NCBI GenBank assembly: GCA_951406725.2
Contig: OX597816.1
Location: 155,992,001 to 156,056,000, forward strand
Length of the DNA stretch: 64,000 nucleotides
Reading direction: 5' to 3'
Origin: Octopus vulgaris
Taxonomy: Eukaryota
Within the stretch, counting starts at the first letter, position 1, and each line of letters begins with the position of its first letter. Shown here in pieces: positions 29,306 through 45,002 of the stretch. The notes under the pieces were generated by a model, which searched no databases, was not told the origin of the DNA, and saw nothing but the letters and a program-made list of their open reading frames with translations. The position numbers and the translations under genes were made by a program.

Positions 29306-29481
29306 AGTAGAAAGGATTATAACTGAACCTAAAAAAAACAAACAAGCACACACACACTCTCTCTCTCTCTCTCTCACACACATACACACACACCACACAG
29401 CTATAAGTGCTATAAGTATGCATGTCAATACCCTGGAATGAAGTTCTCAGTTGCTGTACTGATTAAATTAGCTCGATTATA

Positions 29482-29563
<82 letters not shown>

Positions 29564-29912
29564 TTCGTCACTATGCTATCACACTGTTTACCTTCTGCTT
29601 GTATAAATATTACTACACAAAATAACAGTGTTATATAAACAATGTGACGACGTTTGATTTCCTCGTTATATTATGAGATATATATTTTTATTGAGCTTAA
29701 ATGAAAAAACGAAAAAAAATAAAAACAAAAAAAAAAACAAACAAACAAACAAAAAAAAACAAACATACGAAAGTACCGAATACCCAAACAAAATTTCGTA
29801 AACACATTTTGAGTACACATATGTTTTCCATAACGTTCGATAAATTTTAAGATGTTATGAAAATCATATAATAAAAAAAATGGAAACATACGTGTTGAAT
29901 TATATCAGTTCA

Positions 29913-30088
<176 letters not shown>

Positions 30089-30407
30089 CGTTATAAAAAA
30101 ACTATTCGTTTATTGAAACTAAACAAAGCTTTTCACTTTCGCAAATCTCATTCTTTTGTTAATTTCAACATATTGTTTAGCAAGTAAGTTAAGTTGTAAT
30201 TTTGCACCAGGAAGGAAGTTATACTGATTGTCAAGAAACGTTCACAGTCTTTCCTTTAGTAGTGTGTGTTCTGTAAGTGTATATATACATACATACACAC
30301 ACACACACGTAAATGTGTGTATATATATGTGTACATATATCTAGAGAGAGAAAGAAAGAAAGAAAGAGAGAAAAAATGTCTCTCTCCCTTTCTCTCTCTC
30401 TCCATCT

Positions 30408-30468
<61 letters not shown>

Positions 30469-30479
30469 ATTGAAAACCA

Positions 30480-32025
30480 AGAGGAGAGTGGATATTTACT
30501 CACATCCCAAATTTCTTCCTTCAAAGTTTCCTATAGCATATATAACAATGAGCAACGTATTTTTCTACTGCAGCAGCTACACATTGCTCTGTACGGAATA
30601 ATGAATCCCAATTGCTGCCATTTTATTAAGGCCCATCATTTACGACGTTTTCAAAGTGAACTAATTCAAACAAGCTTTCTGCGTTGGTATTCAGTTGAAG
30701 GTGAAAGAATGGCTTTTTAAATCGAATTGAATTCTGGTCTTATAATCACCTCTACTGGTACTATAGTTGAATCGTGGTTTTAAAATGTTTATTTATATTA
30801 CAATTAATTGTAGCAGTTGTGTTTTCTATTTTAATCTATGAAGTCTATGGAGTACTTTATTTATTCAGGGGTATTTCACTTAATTTGGGTTTACATCCTC
30901 AATTCATAATATTGTTATTATTATTATAATTATATTTATTGGGATTATTTTCGTAAATATCATTAATTATCACAATTATTATTTTAACTAGAGTAAATAC
31001 CATAGATGGTATGTTATGTTTCTTTGAATCGTTTAAACGTATATTTAATCCAGTGTGGACATCTCATAGCCTGTTCCTGCCTAATGTTTATACGAGTAAT
31101 TTTAGGACTTAAAATTTGGTACATTCCTTCCACACAACGGTCACATCTATTATCGCCTATTCTATAAGGTCTTGTTTTACTAATTATCTCTCAAGCAATC
31201 GAAAATACTTTGTTAGTAACTTTTAGAACCCGAATAAGCTTACTAAGGCTGGTAGTTTTCATTTTGTCTCTACTTCTAAACGAACTTAAATGATTGGCAA
31301 TTCCCTGCTGAATATAATATGAGCTAGCTCCTGTTTAGAAATACTATTTTCTGAGGTAAGTCTTACATCTGTATACGATATTTTTATGTTTACAATTAGA
31401 GTTAAGCGGACTTCCTCTGTTCCTTGCACAATCGCGTTTAATAGTTCTACTAATTCTACTGCTATTTTCCACTTCACCCACTCTACATGTGATTTCTATA
31501 TGCTTCTGTCTATTTTCTACGTTATTAGCCCTTTCCACATAGACAACATTCCGAGTATTTTGCTTTTTAGGATTCTCATCTACTACTTACATATTAATTG
31601 TGGAGTTCCCTCGGGTTTCTTTATTGATTGTCAAACCATAGTTCCTATCCTGATACTCAATTGCGTTACTTATAGTTTGCCCGCTCATGTTGCTTTTTAT
31701 TGATCTATAATTATAAATCTGGTTACTATTATTGCTATTGTTCATATGGAAACTGTTAAATTGACTATTGTTGTGTGCTGCTATAATTTGTGCTATAATT
31801 TTGCTGTTACAGAAAGTTAATCTAACCATATTTTTATTAAAAATTCTATAGTATTTACTGACTTTTGGAAAATGTTTAGCCAATGCCGAATAAAACAATT
31901 TCGTTTTACTGGAAATTATTTGTTTTCTCCAAGGGAATAATATCATCCAATATAGCTAGAGGTATCCATTTTACTAAGCCGAATACCTTAAACACTAAGC
32001 CACGCGCCTTACCTAAACTACATGG
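30480..32025 (-). mobile_element. Penelope-like element remnant of a second clade (RT thumb/linker plus GIY-YIG)
   Basis: Minus-strand frames give LFYSALAKHFPKVSKYYRIFNKNMVRLTF...IIAAHN, SPLNSNCKHKNIVYRC and NHLSSFRSRDKMKTTSLSKLI..LK.....IA*EIISKTRPYRIGDNRCDRCVE..YQIL....N.R.E....CPH. Stops and frameshifts are present. Confidence 0.8.
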
Positions 32026-32033
32026 ACAACACA

Positions 32034-32107
<74 letters not shown>

Positions 32108-32109
32108 AC

Positions 32110-32140
<31 letters not shown>

Positions 32141-33384
32141 TGCAAACACAGATATAACAAAAAAAAACAAGTCAAAGTAGCAAAAATGATTTCCCCGTTA
32201 GGAAGGAACGGAGAAGTATGTTTTGGATTACTAATTAGAAGTTGGAACAAAGGAAGTAACGCCGGCACCGACCTTGAATTCATCTCTGTACATGCCCCTA
32301 ATTTCTAGATGGCCGTTGTTCAATCACTCCTCCGTCATTTTTCTCTTAACTGGCTCAGCTCCATTTTCTTTATTTCTTACAGTGAAGTACTTAGAAAGTA
32401 TATTCCCCTCGGGACAGAAGACGAGCGAAGACTGCAACGCGCGACGTTTGATCGCAGTATCTCTATCAGTGCGGTATCGACGAAGGTTTCTATTGTATTT
32501 TGAGTTGTTATTTTACCTGGAAAATAATATATCTGTTTAGTTGTACATTCTTGGTTTCTTCTTCTTCTTCTTCTTCTTCTTCTTCTTCTTCTTCTTCTTC
32601 TTCTTCTTCTTCTTCTTCGCCTTTTTCTTGTTCTTGTTCTTGTTCTTCTTGTTCTTGTTCTTGTTCTTGTTCTTCTTCTTCTTCGTCTCCTCGTCTTCTC
32701 CTGCTTCTCCTTCTTCGATTACCCCTTCTGCATCATGAAGGCAATGATGATGATTAAGATGGTCATGATTATGAGATGATGATGGGGAATAATGATGATG
32801 ATGATGATGATGACCGTGATGACCATCTTTATTATAATCACATCATTGCCAGTACAGATATCATCATCATCGTCATCATCATCATCATCATCTTGAACAG
32901 CATGATCATCATCATTATGATTATCATTACTACTATCGTCACCACAAAACTCATCATTTTCGCCAGGACTATAGCCACCGTCACCACGAGCATCACTACC
33001 ACTACCACAATTACCGTCATCATCATCATCAACGCTGTCTCATCTAACATTTATCTTAAGTTACATAAATGTGTTTTATTCTGTTTTATTGAAATCAGAA
33101 TAAACAGATTTCTTTATTATGTTTGTTTTTCGTCGCTGTTTATTTTCAAATGTATCCACTTTTGTTTTTCTTTCTTTCTTTCTTTCTAGTTTATTTATTT
33201 AATTATATTTACAAGTAATCAAACATTGCAGTGTTTATTTTGTATCTTAATGTTGCAACATGTTTACACAAATATTTAGCTAGTAAAAAAAAAGATCAAG
33301 GAAAGAAGAATAAAAGAAAAAAATAGAACGTAGTTAAGTGTGGCTAATTTATCAAACTAATGTTACGTCTATAGTCAAATAGAA

Positions 33385-34000
33385 AATATTCTTTTCTACT
33401 CTACACACAACCTCCGAAATTTTGGGGGAGGGAGCCAGTCGATTAGATTAACCACAGTACATAACTGGTTTTTATCGACTTCGAAGGCATGAAAGGCAAA
33501 GTCGACCTCGGTGGAATTTGAACTCAGAACGTAAACACTGACGAAATACTGCTAAGAATTTCGCCCGGCGAGCTAACGTTTCTTATTTCTTTATTGCCCA
33601 TAAGGGGCTAAACATAAAGGAGACAAACATGGACAGAGAAAGGGATTAAGTCGATTACATCAACCCCAGTACGTAACTGGTACTTATTTAATCGACCCCG
33701 AAAGGATGAAAAGCAAAGTCGACCTCGGCGGAATTTGAACTGAGAACGTAAAGACAGACGAAATACCTATTTCTTTACTACCCACAAGAGGTTAAACACA
33801 GAGAGGACAAACAAGGACAGACAAACGGATTAAGTCGATTATATCGACCCCAGTGCGTTACTGGTACTTATTTAATCGACCCCGAAAGGATAAAAGACAA
33901 AGTCGACCTTGGCGGAATTTGAACTGAGAACGTAGCGGCAGACGAAATACTGCTAAGCATTTCGCCCGGCGTGCTAACGATTCTGCTAAATCGCCGGCTT
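33385..34000 (-). mobile_element. Tandem array of three SINE family A units
   Basis: GTCGACCT.GG.GGAATTTGAACT occurs at ~33500, ~33718 and ~33902. Confidence 0.9.
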
Positions 34001-34679
34001 AGTCAAATAGAAAATATCGAAAATAAAATGAGAGGGTGGTTGTTAGTAACATCAGTGGGGGTGGTTGCAACGATGGCTGCGGTGGTGGTGGTGTTGGGGT
34101 AGTGGTGGCGGTATTTGTGGTGGTGGTCGTCGTGGTATTTTGCTGATGGTTGCGTTACGTGAAAAAAAATGTAGAAGTGGAATTAGATAAAACAATTTTA
34201 AGTTGTAAAGGCAGTCGAAAATGTAGATGCGGCAGCTGCTACTGCTACTGTTGTTGCTACTGTCACGGCTGCTGCTAATGATGATGATGATGATGATGGC
34301 GATGGTGATGACCATGATAACGATGGTAGTGATGATAACTGTGGTAACGATGAAGATTGAAAGAAAAAGAAATTAATCTTGAAAACAGAAAAAAAGTTCT
34401 TTAAATAAAATTTGAATAGATAGATGAAGATAGAGAAGAGTTAGAAGAATTTGAAAGACCAGGAGTTGATAGTGAGGAAAAAGAAGAATAAGAAAGAAAA
34501 GAAGACGAATTGAAAGTAGAAGAAAAAGAAGAAAATAGGTAATAAAAGGAAGAAAATGATAACAATATGCTGGAAATGGAAAACAAGAAAAATAGTGACT
34601 TGGTGTTATCTTGTATATGTGGATGATGTTCATGGTGATGACGTAACTGAAATAAGGAAATGAAGTTGACGAAGAACGA

Positions 34680-35340
34680 ATCATTTACAATTGACGTATA
34701 TTTCCCCTCATCTTGTTTGTTGTTAACACAACGTTTCGGCTGATATACTCGCCAGCCTTGATTAGGTGTCTTGGGGAAATTTCAAACCTGGGTTCTCATT
34801 CCTAATGTATTTTTCGATGTTATTATTATTATCATCATCATTATTTTTATTATTATTATTATTATTATTCAGGCCACTGCCTAGAATCGAACTCAGAATC
34901 TTGGGGTTAGTAGCCCGCGCTCTTAACCACAACGCCATAGGCCCGTGGGCAATTATGGAATGATCTACTAAGCAACAACTACCCTAAAAACATACTGTCT
35001 AATCCAATTATGAAGAAAGGAGAGGATGAAACCAATAAACTGTCTACAGTCTGTTTATCCAATGTGAAAGGCCTCTTCGAAATGATACAAACGATATGCG
35101 GCCCATGTAGCATGATAGTATTCAAGGGTAATACAACACTTCACAAATATCTCCTTCGAGTAAAACCACCATTAGTAAAGAATATGACCAAAAATTGCGT
35201 GTACCCCATACAAAGGCAAAATATGCCGCCCCCTCAAAATAAGGGTAGATGAACATCGCAAAGCTGTGACACGAGGAGATATTGATAAATCGGGTACAGC
35301 TGATCATGTATGGAAAAATGGAGACCATTTTAATTAATCT
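34680..35340. mobile_element. Penelope-like element remnant (inverted pLTR plus linker ORF fragment)
   Basis: Plus frame LLSNNYPKNIL...TVCLSNVKGLFEMIQTICGP...VFKGNTTLHKYLLRVKPP...TKNCVYPI resembles the PLE RT-to-GIY-YIG linker. A decayed hammerhead (AGGCTG...CAGCC-GAAAC-GTT) lies on - at 34725-34770. Confidence 0.72.
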
Positions 35341-37298
35341 TTTGATTACAGACTGAGGGTACTATCGTCGATGGTAAAAAATAATCTACTGTAACTTAAT
35401 GTATTTATCATATTCGTTATACATATACACGTACATACATACTGATATATGCAACAAAATACTAATATTTATGTATTTCATTTTATTTTGCTTTACATAT
35501 ATTTATTATAAACACTAATACACACAAACACTGACTCAAGCACAAAAATAAATGCTATAAGATGCATTTTGACTGCGTTATAAATTTCCTCTGACGGTTT
35601 CTTCTGCTACTGGTTGAATAAGACGTCGGACGAAACTTATGGTCGTAAAACAGATCTTCTTATAAATTTGTCACTACTTTCACTACTAAGTCTCCCTATC
35701 AGTAAATATTTCGTTGTTATGATTAAATTTGCTTCAAAATAATAATCATAATCTAAGACACCCACACATCCACACACACAGGCACACACACACATAAACT
35801 CGCACATAAACACACATAGACACATACACTCATATGATGTAATTTTCTGCAATAAAGCTACTCTTCGACGGCCTGTCATTTGAGGCTGTAAAATCAGTTA
35901 AGAAACGATATCTCTAGTTCCTGTGATGAAATTTCTGATATGAATTACTTTTGAATAAATCAATAGCATTTTAGAGAGTGTATAGCTCAATAGACAGTAA
36001 TGATAACAGCAATTTACATTGTAAGAAATCTTTATGGTCTCTTAAACTAATATAGTGGATTAATATGAATAAAGTAAAATAAAAAGTGAAAAAGAAATAT
36101 TTACTGGTTCGATCATCATTACGTTGCATTAATATTTTTTTTTCTTCTAACTTCCATAATATCCAAATATCTGTCTGACATGTCAACACAAAATTCCTCA
36201 TTTCACCCTATTTCTTCCTGATTGTTTTCTACAGCGTAAGTCAACTTTATATTGTTTATCTTATCTTTCTGAATATTTTTTTCCTTCCAATCCAATTTTC
36301 CTTATCTTTCATATTGCTTCTTCTTGTTCGTTCTTACTTCAATATTTCCATCATGTCTCCATAAAACATAAAACATTATTCATTAAACTCAATATAAAAT
36401 ATCAACGAGGGATAATGTACCGCTATGCTGCCATTAAAGTAAAAAGTAGAAATAAAAATAATAGATAAAAACTACTGATTTCTATCTTCCATTTGGACGA
36501 AATATGTTTCTATTGACTCCAGATAATTGGTTAAGAAAGTTTCTACAAATAGATAATTTTTTGATTTCTTCATTTTCACTCAAACAACCAAATTATTTTG
36601 TATTGTTCACAAAACTAAGTATTGTACAAGACTTGGATATATCTAGTCGTTATAATTATGTGGTCGGAAGAAGGCAATTTCTCATAAATATCACCGTAGG
36701 CTCTTTTCAATGGGAAACAGAGTTAGGTGATGTTTTTCCGGTTAAATTACCGTTTGAAAATTTGAAATCAATAGCTGAGAAAAATCAAATATTAAGTGAA
36801 TAAAAGTTTTATATAGAGCCCATTCCGGAGATAATGGATTTAGAAAGTGTTTCATGATGAATCTAAGGAATAAAACAGAACAAATCGAGATGAAGAGCGG
36901 AGATAAGATGATTACGCTTAAGTGAGCAAAAAAATCTTCTTTTAGCCTTAACACCTACCACTTTGCCTGGAGCATCGGGCAACATCATTGCTGTATCAAA
37001 GATGATAGCGTTGCATTATATCGCTCTACCTTGCTCAGCACAGGTTCGTGACAAACTATGTCAGATATCAAACATTCGAGGTCGGGCTGGATACGAACAT
37101 AGAATTACGAAGATGAGAAGGTAATCTCTAACTTTGGATAGGGGCCCATTCCCATTATATTCAGAGCCGTGTTCGGGGCTTGTTTAAAGCAGAGTGGTTA
37201 CGACCTATAGTAATGATGAAGGGAATAACTACTCTGTAGCTAATTCTAATTCATTACCTATTGCAGATTTACCGAAACAAGAACTCCAATGTTATCAG

Positions 37299-37351
<53 letters not shown>

Positions 37352-38631
37352 GGGAGAGAGAGAGTGTATATTTATTTTTGTGTATATACATGTGTATATA
37401 TAAATGTATGCTTATACACATGTGTATGTATGTGTGTGTGTGTTTTGTGTTTGTCTTCCACCGGTTGACAAAAGGTGTTGGTTTGTTTGCGTCTCTGTTA
37501 CTTAACTGTTCGGCAAAAGAGAACGACAAATATCAGACTAAAGAAAATTAAGTACTGAAGTTCATTTGTCCGGTTAAACATAATAACTCGGTACCAAAGC
37601 ATGACTAAAGTCCAATGACTGATACGAAAAAAAAATAGAAAAGATAAAATTAGAGCTAACCCAATGCTAGTTTCTTTCCTGACTCCAGCCACTGCATTGC
37701 GGTTTCCTCATGAAACATCTATTTTCAATTTAGAGGAACTATTAGACATATTGAAGACATTTCTGGATATTGGAACGGATACTGTTTAGCGGAGACAATG
37801 CAACATTTTAGAAGCTGAATTCTTTCATGACAATGAATGGAATTTAAAGATTGCGCAGCAAGATCTTTGACATAGATATGACAAAGTAAACACTGGACAC
37901 CGTGTTTTTACAGGACAAATGTATGAAAAGAAATAGTCATTGACAATCACATATCGATACAGTCTTACACAAATATACATACGCACGCATATATGCAGAC
38001 ATATACACACACTCAGTTTCGAAATATTTGCGAACTGAAGTGCACAAAAGGGTTCCTGCTCTGAAATCTTGCTAGGTTCGGTGATGAAATCAGAGTTGCG
38101 GCCTCATATCACCCGTTACGTTTATAATCAGTTGACCTCTGGACTTTACACCCACTTTATTGTTTTGTTCTTCATATTGTCTTTAGGTGAGATGAACAAA
38201 TTTCAGTACCGTTATTGGTCCCAGTTGTTTTGTTTTGGCACAAAATGAATAATACTGAGTTAATTTTTATATGATTCATATCTATGACCATCTGTCGATT
38301 GAATTGTGAAGCTATTTCAAATCCAATAAAACGATAAGTGTAAAAAGTATGAAAGCCTCTAATGTCGATAAGCTTAAATGTCTTAAAGCTTTGTGGCATT
38401 TCAGAGTAAACAAAGAACATTCTAATCGGCTAGCTTACAGGAGAAATATTCTGAACTTATTCTTAAAAAGTCTTGAATGATTTAGACTTTCATTCAATTA
38501 GTTTAAGTGTATATACTTTGACATATTTGATAGTATTCTGGCTATTTAATAGTCCTTCTTCCTTCATTAGACCGTTAACGCCTGATATAGAGGACAAGAA
38601 AGAGCGAGTGGGAGAGAGGGAGAAAGAGAGC

Positions 38632-38708
38632 AGAAGAAGAAGAAGAAGAAGAAGAAGAAGAAGAAGAAGAAGAAGAAGAAGAAGAAGAAGAAGAAGAAGA
38701 AGAAGAAG
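38632..38708. repeat. (AAG)n microsatellite
   Basis: Trinucleotide repeat. A similar (TTC)n tract lies at 32556-32685. Confidence 0.98.
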
Positions 38709-40896
38709 GGTGTTACCTTACCAACCTCAAAAGAATGAAAATTAATCTTCATCCACGAGATTTGATTTCAGATGTACATTGACGAGTTGAATATGACGGG
38801 GTGTCTTAACCGGCGCTCTGCCAACTCGCAATCAAAGCATAGCAGACTACGTTTTATTTCCCTGTTATTAAAATACTGATGAACCTCAATTATTAAGAAA
38901 TTGCTATTCAACAGCTGCGTGGCGATGTGAAGAGGCATATTCAAAGCAAATAGTCGGCTGGGAGGTGATTGTTACCACTGGTCTAAAAGACTTCACCAAA
39001 TGAACTGAGGAAACGGAACCTCACAACAATCAATTTTCCTCTTCTTGTTTGTAACACTGATTCTTCATGCGTAATTGAGAAATCAATTTTGATTTTAAAT
39101 TATTGAACAGTTAGGAAATATGTGAATAATCGATTGAGGAATAAAAACATAAACAACAACAGTAAAACATCACGAATGAAAAGCAACAGTCAATACGACA
39201 ACATCATTAAGTGCAAAAAAAAACAAAAAAACAACAACAATGAAATCAACAGCGTCAACGCCAAACAACAAATACAACAATAACATTTCATAGAGATTCT
39301 GCTAGAATTAAAATCTAATTAAAAAAATAGTATAATCATATTAAGAGATCAAATTGCCTTACTGAACTGTATTCTGAATTATGATTAGTTCAATAAAAAT
39401 TCCAAGTTGTATCAGTAACTGTTTGATACATGCAACCAACATTTACTCGTTTAAAAGAAATATAACAAAAAATGTTTTATTAAATGATCATATTCTTTAC
39501 AGTTCAACACAAATATGAGTTAACGATGGCTCTTCTGCATGGTTGTTTCACCGGTGAAAAATAACAATAAAAATCTTCCTCAATTTGCATTTTACCCCAG
39601 TGACGGCCAAATTTTTTAATTCATATTTTTGGCTTAGCCAGGTGTCTTAGGAGCTAAAATAATATACAGTATTTAACTTTGCTTCATATGCGAATTATTT
39701 TGGAAATTATGATAAATTTTTCGAAAAGTCCCAAATGAGGATCGCTGAAAAAGAACATATTTACCCTTCTCTATTCAATTGCAATAACAAACATTTTAGT
39801 TTTTTTTTTAAACTATAGTATCAAATGTGAATGTGTATGAAACATCAATGAAAGATATAGATGGGAAATGCAAAAAAAAAAAAACGCACCAAGAAAAACA
39901 CTATTGATCGAATTATTTTTAAGAATGTGTTATATATGCAAATTGGCTTGTCCAGTTTAATTAAGTCTTTATTAACTGTGGCTTTATAAGAAGTATGTCC
40001 ACGGACAGTTAATGATTACACGCAGTCGCTAATGAAATGCTAACGGACCATTAAAAATACTTCGATGAATTCTTTCTTATCTCTTCAGTAAGATCTAGCT
40101 AAAGATGAAGTACATGTGGCTATATATAAAGGTACTAACATTATATTTATATATATATTATAATGCTAGTACTCTAATTTCTGATAGTGTTACAGAAGTG
40201 ATATCACATAAAGTGAATTTTCGTCATTTTGAACTTGGCAGAGTCCACCTCTGGCATGTTTAAAATGTAAATAACCGAATTCTTAAGTGAGAGAGAAAGA
40301 GAAAAGAAAATGCATGATAGACTGATGGATAGATGGACATGCAGAGAAAAAGAAAGATATACTGTGCACTGTACCAATTCTACCATCCGACCGTCACACA
40401 TACTTACATATAAATATACGTGTGCGCATGAGAGGGTGCGTATGTGTATGTAAATTTATATATAGTTATACATGCACAAACACATGTGTGGGTGTATATA
40501 TATATATATATATATATGCATATATATATATATATGTGTGTGTGTGTGTAATTGTATTTATGCAATTTATCATATGACGACGCATAATAGTTTCGCTGCA
40601 TTAGACCAAATTGTAGAGAAATTTGAGTGTAAATCTCACGTCATAGTTAATTGCTTACTCGAAGAAATACATCTAAGGAAATCTTACTGAATAAATTACA
40701 TGCTTCTCTACTTATGTGTATGCCAACAATCACGTACACTTGCACCAAGCATTAAGAGTAATGCGCTCTAATTAATAGGAAGGAATAAACATCAAATTGA
40801 GTGTATATACACGTTTACTTGTGCATGTTCATATGTATTAATATATATATGTTTATATATATATGTATATGTATATATATTATATTAAAGTATATA

Positions 40897-40955
<59 letters not shown>

Positions 40956-41220
40956 ATACATATATATATACGTATATATGTATATATATATATATAGATA
41001 TATGTGTATATATATGTGTGTGTAAATATATATGCATATATATGTATATATATATACATATATATAGAGAGTATCTAAGTACATATATATACACACACAT
41101 ATGTATATATATGTATATATATATATATGTATATATGTACATATATGTATATATGTATGTATAGCTATATATGTACAAATATACATTTATATATACACAC
41201 ACACATATATATATACACAC

Positions 41221-41721
41221 ACAGGCCTCGACTATTGGGGTCGACTAGAAAAGCTAAAACTCTATTCTCTCCAACGTCGTCGTGAGCGCTACATCATCTG
41301 CATGATGTGGAAAATATTCCATCAGCATTGCCCAAATGATGTTGGCATCACCTTTAAGGTACATCCAAGGCTTGGGCCCCGTGCCATCCGCCCAAAACAA
41401 AAATCGCACTCTCATCTCATAACAACAATACGGCACAATTATTTCACCTCAATTGGCCCCGCTCTCTTTAACATTACACCAAAACACATTAAAACAGAAA
41501 CTGACCCTATAGGGTTCAAGAAGTCTTTGGACAGATTCCTTCAAGAAATCCCGGATAAACCCCCTACACCCGGATATGTCTCTGTAAACAATAACTCTCT
41601 ACTTGAGTGGGCCATAGTGCCCAAATTCTGACTTGAAAGACTTCACCAGGTGGTGCTATTAAGTTAGACATGGCCTGGGCCAATAATGGCCGAAACCTAT
41701 CAAAGTATCAAAGTATCAAAG
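41221..41721 (+). mobile_element. Second 5'-truncated copy of the same CR1-group LINE
   Basis: Aligns to 25530-26038 with 3 substitutions by eye. Tail is (TATCAAAG)3. Embedded in TA-rich microsatellite. Confidence 0.9.
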
Positions 41722-41785
41722 TATATATACATATATATATATATATATACATATATATATAGTGTATGTTTGTATATGTTTATAA

Positions 41786-41829
<44 letters not shown>

Positions 41830-42740
41830 ACACACACTCACATGTATATATATGTGTATATGTGTATATATACGCACGTATGAATAAGGGACACTAGTGC
41901 AATATGGAAATGCAGTAATAAAATGCCCGTTAACCGAGCAGCAATCATTTTATCGATATATAATAGCTCAGAAGATTGCTCAGCGGATTACTTGACTCTA
42001 TCACACGCAAACGCACGCACACACACATACACACACCTATACGTATGTATGTATGTATGTATGTATGTATGTATGTATGTATGTATGTATGTATGTATGT
42101 ATGTATGTATGCATGTATGTATGTATGTATGTATGCATGTATGTATGTATGTTTGTATGCATATATACATATGTATACGCAAAGACGAGTATCTCTAATA
42201 GTTGGCCACAAAAAATATGTAATCCAAGACGGTCAATGCTCACACCTATTCTAATGTACTATCAATAATAAAGTTGAATACCAGCCATCTGTTACATCTT
42301 AGTAAGAGAAGCGAAATTCTATACCTGAGAGATTTTGACATTTGCAAGCAAACAATACGCAATACAGTTTAGATGCGCATCATTCAAACAATATAACTGA
42401 TGCAGAAATATACATGTAAAAAGTATCTGTTTCGTATTGGTTTAATAGTAAAAAGTTACTGAGGCTTTGACATATACAGCATTATACCACATCCCTCTGT
42501 TGCCACATTAGAACTCAGTCTATGACATGTTATTAGTGCATATGAAACGACTTGATTTAGTTTTATATACATTATATCGTGTGCCAGAATGTTTCAAATA
42601 ATGCCAGCACGTTTGAATATGGTAGAGGAAAAATGTGTTAAAGAAACATGATCGACGTAATATACTTGTCACGGGTGATTTCAACTTCAGATGAACCTAG
42701 AAACATACTCTCTCTGTCGCTGCAAGAACAAAGATCGAAT

Positions 42741-43364
42741 GAACAGAGAGGACAAACAAGGACAGACAAACGGATTAAGTCGATTACATCGACTCCAGTT
42801 CCTAACTGGCACTTAATTTATCGACCCCGAAAGGATGAAAAGCAAAATCGACCTCGGCGGAATTTGAACTCAGAACGTAACGGCAGACGAAATGCTGTCC
42901 GTGGAAGAACCAGTAAGTTATTCAGGAGTGATGATACCTAGATCATTGCTTCAGAAATACATGGAATTAATTCCCAATGTGAAGATGTTATCTACGATTT
43001 TCTCTGAGCATAATGTAGTAGAACAAACAATGAAAAGCGCCTAGAAAACTGTAAAGACGCACTTTACGACAGGCGCTCGAAACCGAGGTATCTTGAATTT
43101 GAACTCAGAACGTAGCGGCAGACGAAATACCTATTTCTTTACTACCTACAAGGCGCTAAACACAGAGAGGCCAAACAAGGACAGACAAACGGATTAAGTC
43201 GATTACATCGACTCCAGTTCGTAACTGGTACTTAATTTATCGACCCCGAAAGGATGAAAGGCAAAGTCGACCTCGGTGGAATTTGAACTCAGAACGTAAC
43301 GGCAGACGAAATACCGCTAAGCATTTCGCCGGGTGTGCTAACGTTTTTGCCCGCTCGCCGCCTT
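42741..43364 (-). mobile_element. SINE family A array interrupted by a ~200-bp insert
   Basis: Family A units at 42741-42893 and 43095-43364. The insert 42895-43094 ends in AGCGCCT...AGGCGCT-C-GAAAC-CGAG-GTA. Confidence 0.85.
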
Positions 43365-44924
43365 CAGTTTCCAAAATATTACTATCGAAAACAATGAGAT
43401 GAAGCTGAAACAATTTATGTAAGTAATTCTAGCTGCACGCAGCAAGTTTGTTCTAAGGAATAGGCCAGCATTCACTAGAATATGACGCAAGTGGCAATAA
43501 AAATTTGAATAAACAAAGGACAAACTTCTTAAATCGTTCAATTGACCGATTTATGGACAATCGAAACATATACTTCAAAAAGAACCCTTTTACAAGTCGA
43601 AAATAAAACATTTGTAGAAGTAATCCAAAATCCTATCCTATAGATAATGTTTCAAGGAAAGGATTCAATGAATGCGAAACCCAAAACATTAAGTGAAATA
43701 TTCAAGAACAATTAATTTACTGATATGATGCATGGAAATAAAGAAGCCAGTTGAATTTCTCAACGCTTCTACTGAAAGAGATAATAAACGAACCGTCGAT
43801 TACATCGATGTAGAAGAAAGCTTAGATTCAGCGTTAAACCTTGATAATTACCTGGCACTTCACTGGAAAACATGAAATACTTCTGTTGCAAAAAGTGTTT
43901 AGATATTCTACAAAGATGTTCATGTAAATGGTAAGCTCACTAAAAAGTAGAAAGGAGGCAAAACATGTTTTGTTTTTTCTGTAATGGAGGATTTAGAAAA
44001 AATGATAAAAATTACAAGTCTGTGTCTATAACTTAACATATAATTTAAGTCATATAACGAATTATATGAAAGCAACTGACTGCTTGCTTAGAGAAAATGA
44101 CTTATTATCTGACACCTGGCAAGGCTTCTCCTGGTTAGACACTACTTCACATACAGCTTGAACGAGAGTACAATGTTAGTGAAACAGTTAGTCAACTGTT
44201 TAAATATAGATATCGTATATCTGAAATTTGTGGTATTGTCGATGTTCAACAAACTTAACATGACACAAACCATGTTATTTTGGCATAGCAGAAAAGTAGG
44301 AGAGTCGGAGCCTGATGTTTTAAGAAACATAAGTCAAACTATTTAGGCGAACAGATAATGTGCAATAAGTATAAATGGAGCTCAGTTTCCGGCAAAATTT
44401 TTCACGTGGCCAATGAAAGGGAACAAGCATTCCCTATATACGTATATTTTTAAGGACGTTTGGAGGAGGAATCAGCGAGAAATTTTATGACAAGGCCAGA
44501 TGTTTGAAATATATGCGCAGTCTGTCCGGCTAGCTTTAATGCATTTTCTACGTGTCCAATTTACGGCATAATACATGCACCAAGCTGAAGTTATAGTGAA
44601 AGTTACTTGACCTCAACGCCACACACTGGAAGCGGACGCTTAACTTTGTGATAGAGAAGAGAACTCTTTAACAAATCGCCATGCTGTCACTCTCTTCATC
44701 TCCATCTATCTGTCTGTCTATCTATCTGTCTGTCTGTCTGCCTGTCACACTCTCTAATATATATTTGTATATATATGTATATATATATATATGTATACAT
44801 GCATATATATATATATACATGTATCTATATGTCTATTTATCTATCTTCTTTTCTATCTCTCTATATATACGTATATATATATATACAAACGTGTATATAC
44901 ATATATGTGTATATATATATATAT

Positions 44925-45002
<78 letters not shown>

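Noticed and set aside
33385-34000. Regularly repeated units superficially like a CRISPR array
   Set aside because: The units are ~190-bp SINE copies without unique spacers, in eukaryotic context with no cas genes.
43370-44440. Possible ancient RT remnant (YIDVEESLDSA resembling FIDLEKAFDSV)
   Set aside because: A single weak motif in heavily interrupted frames. It needs a profile search before it can be called.
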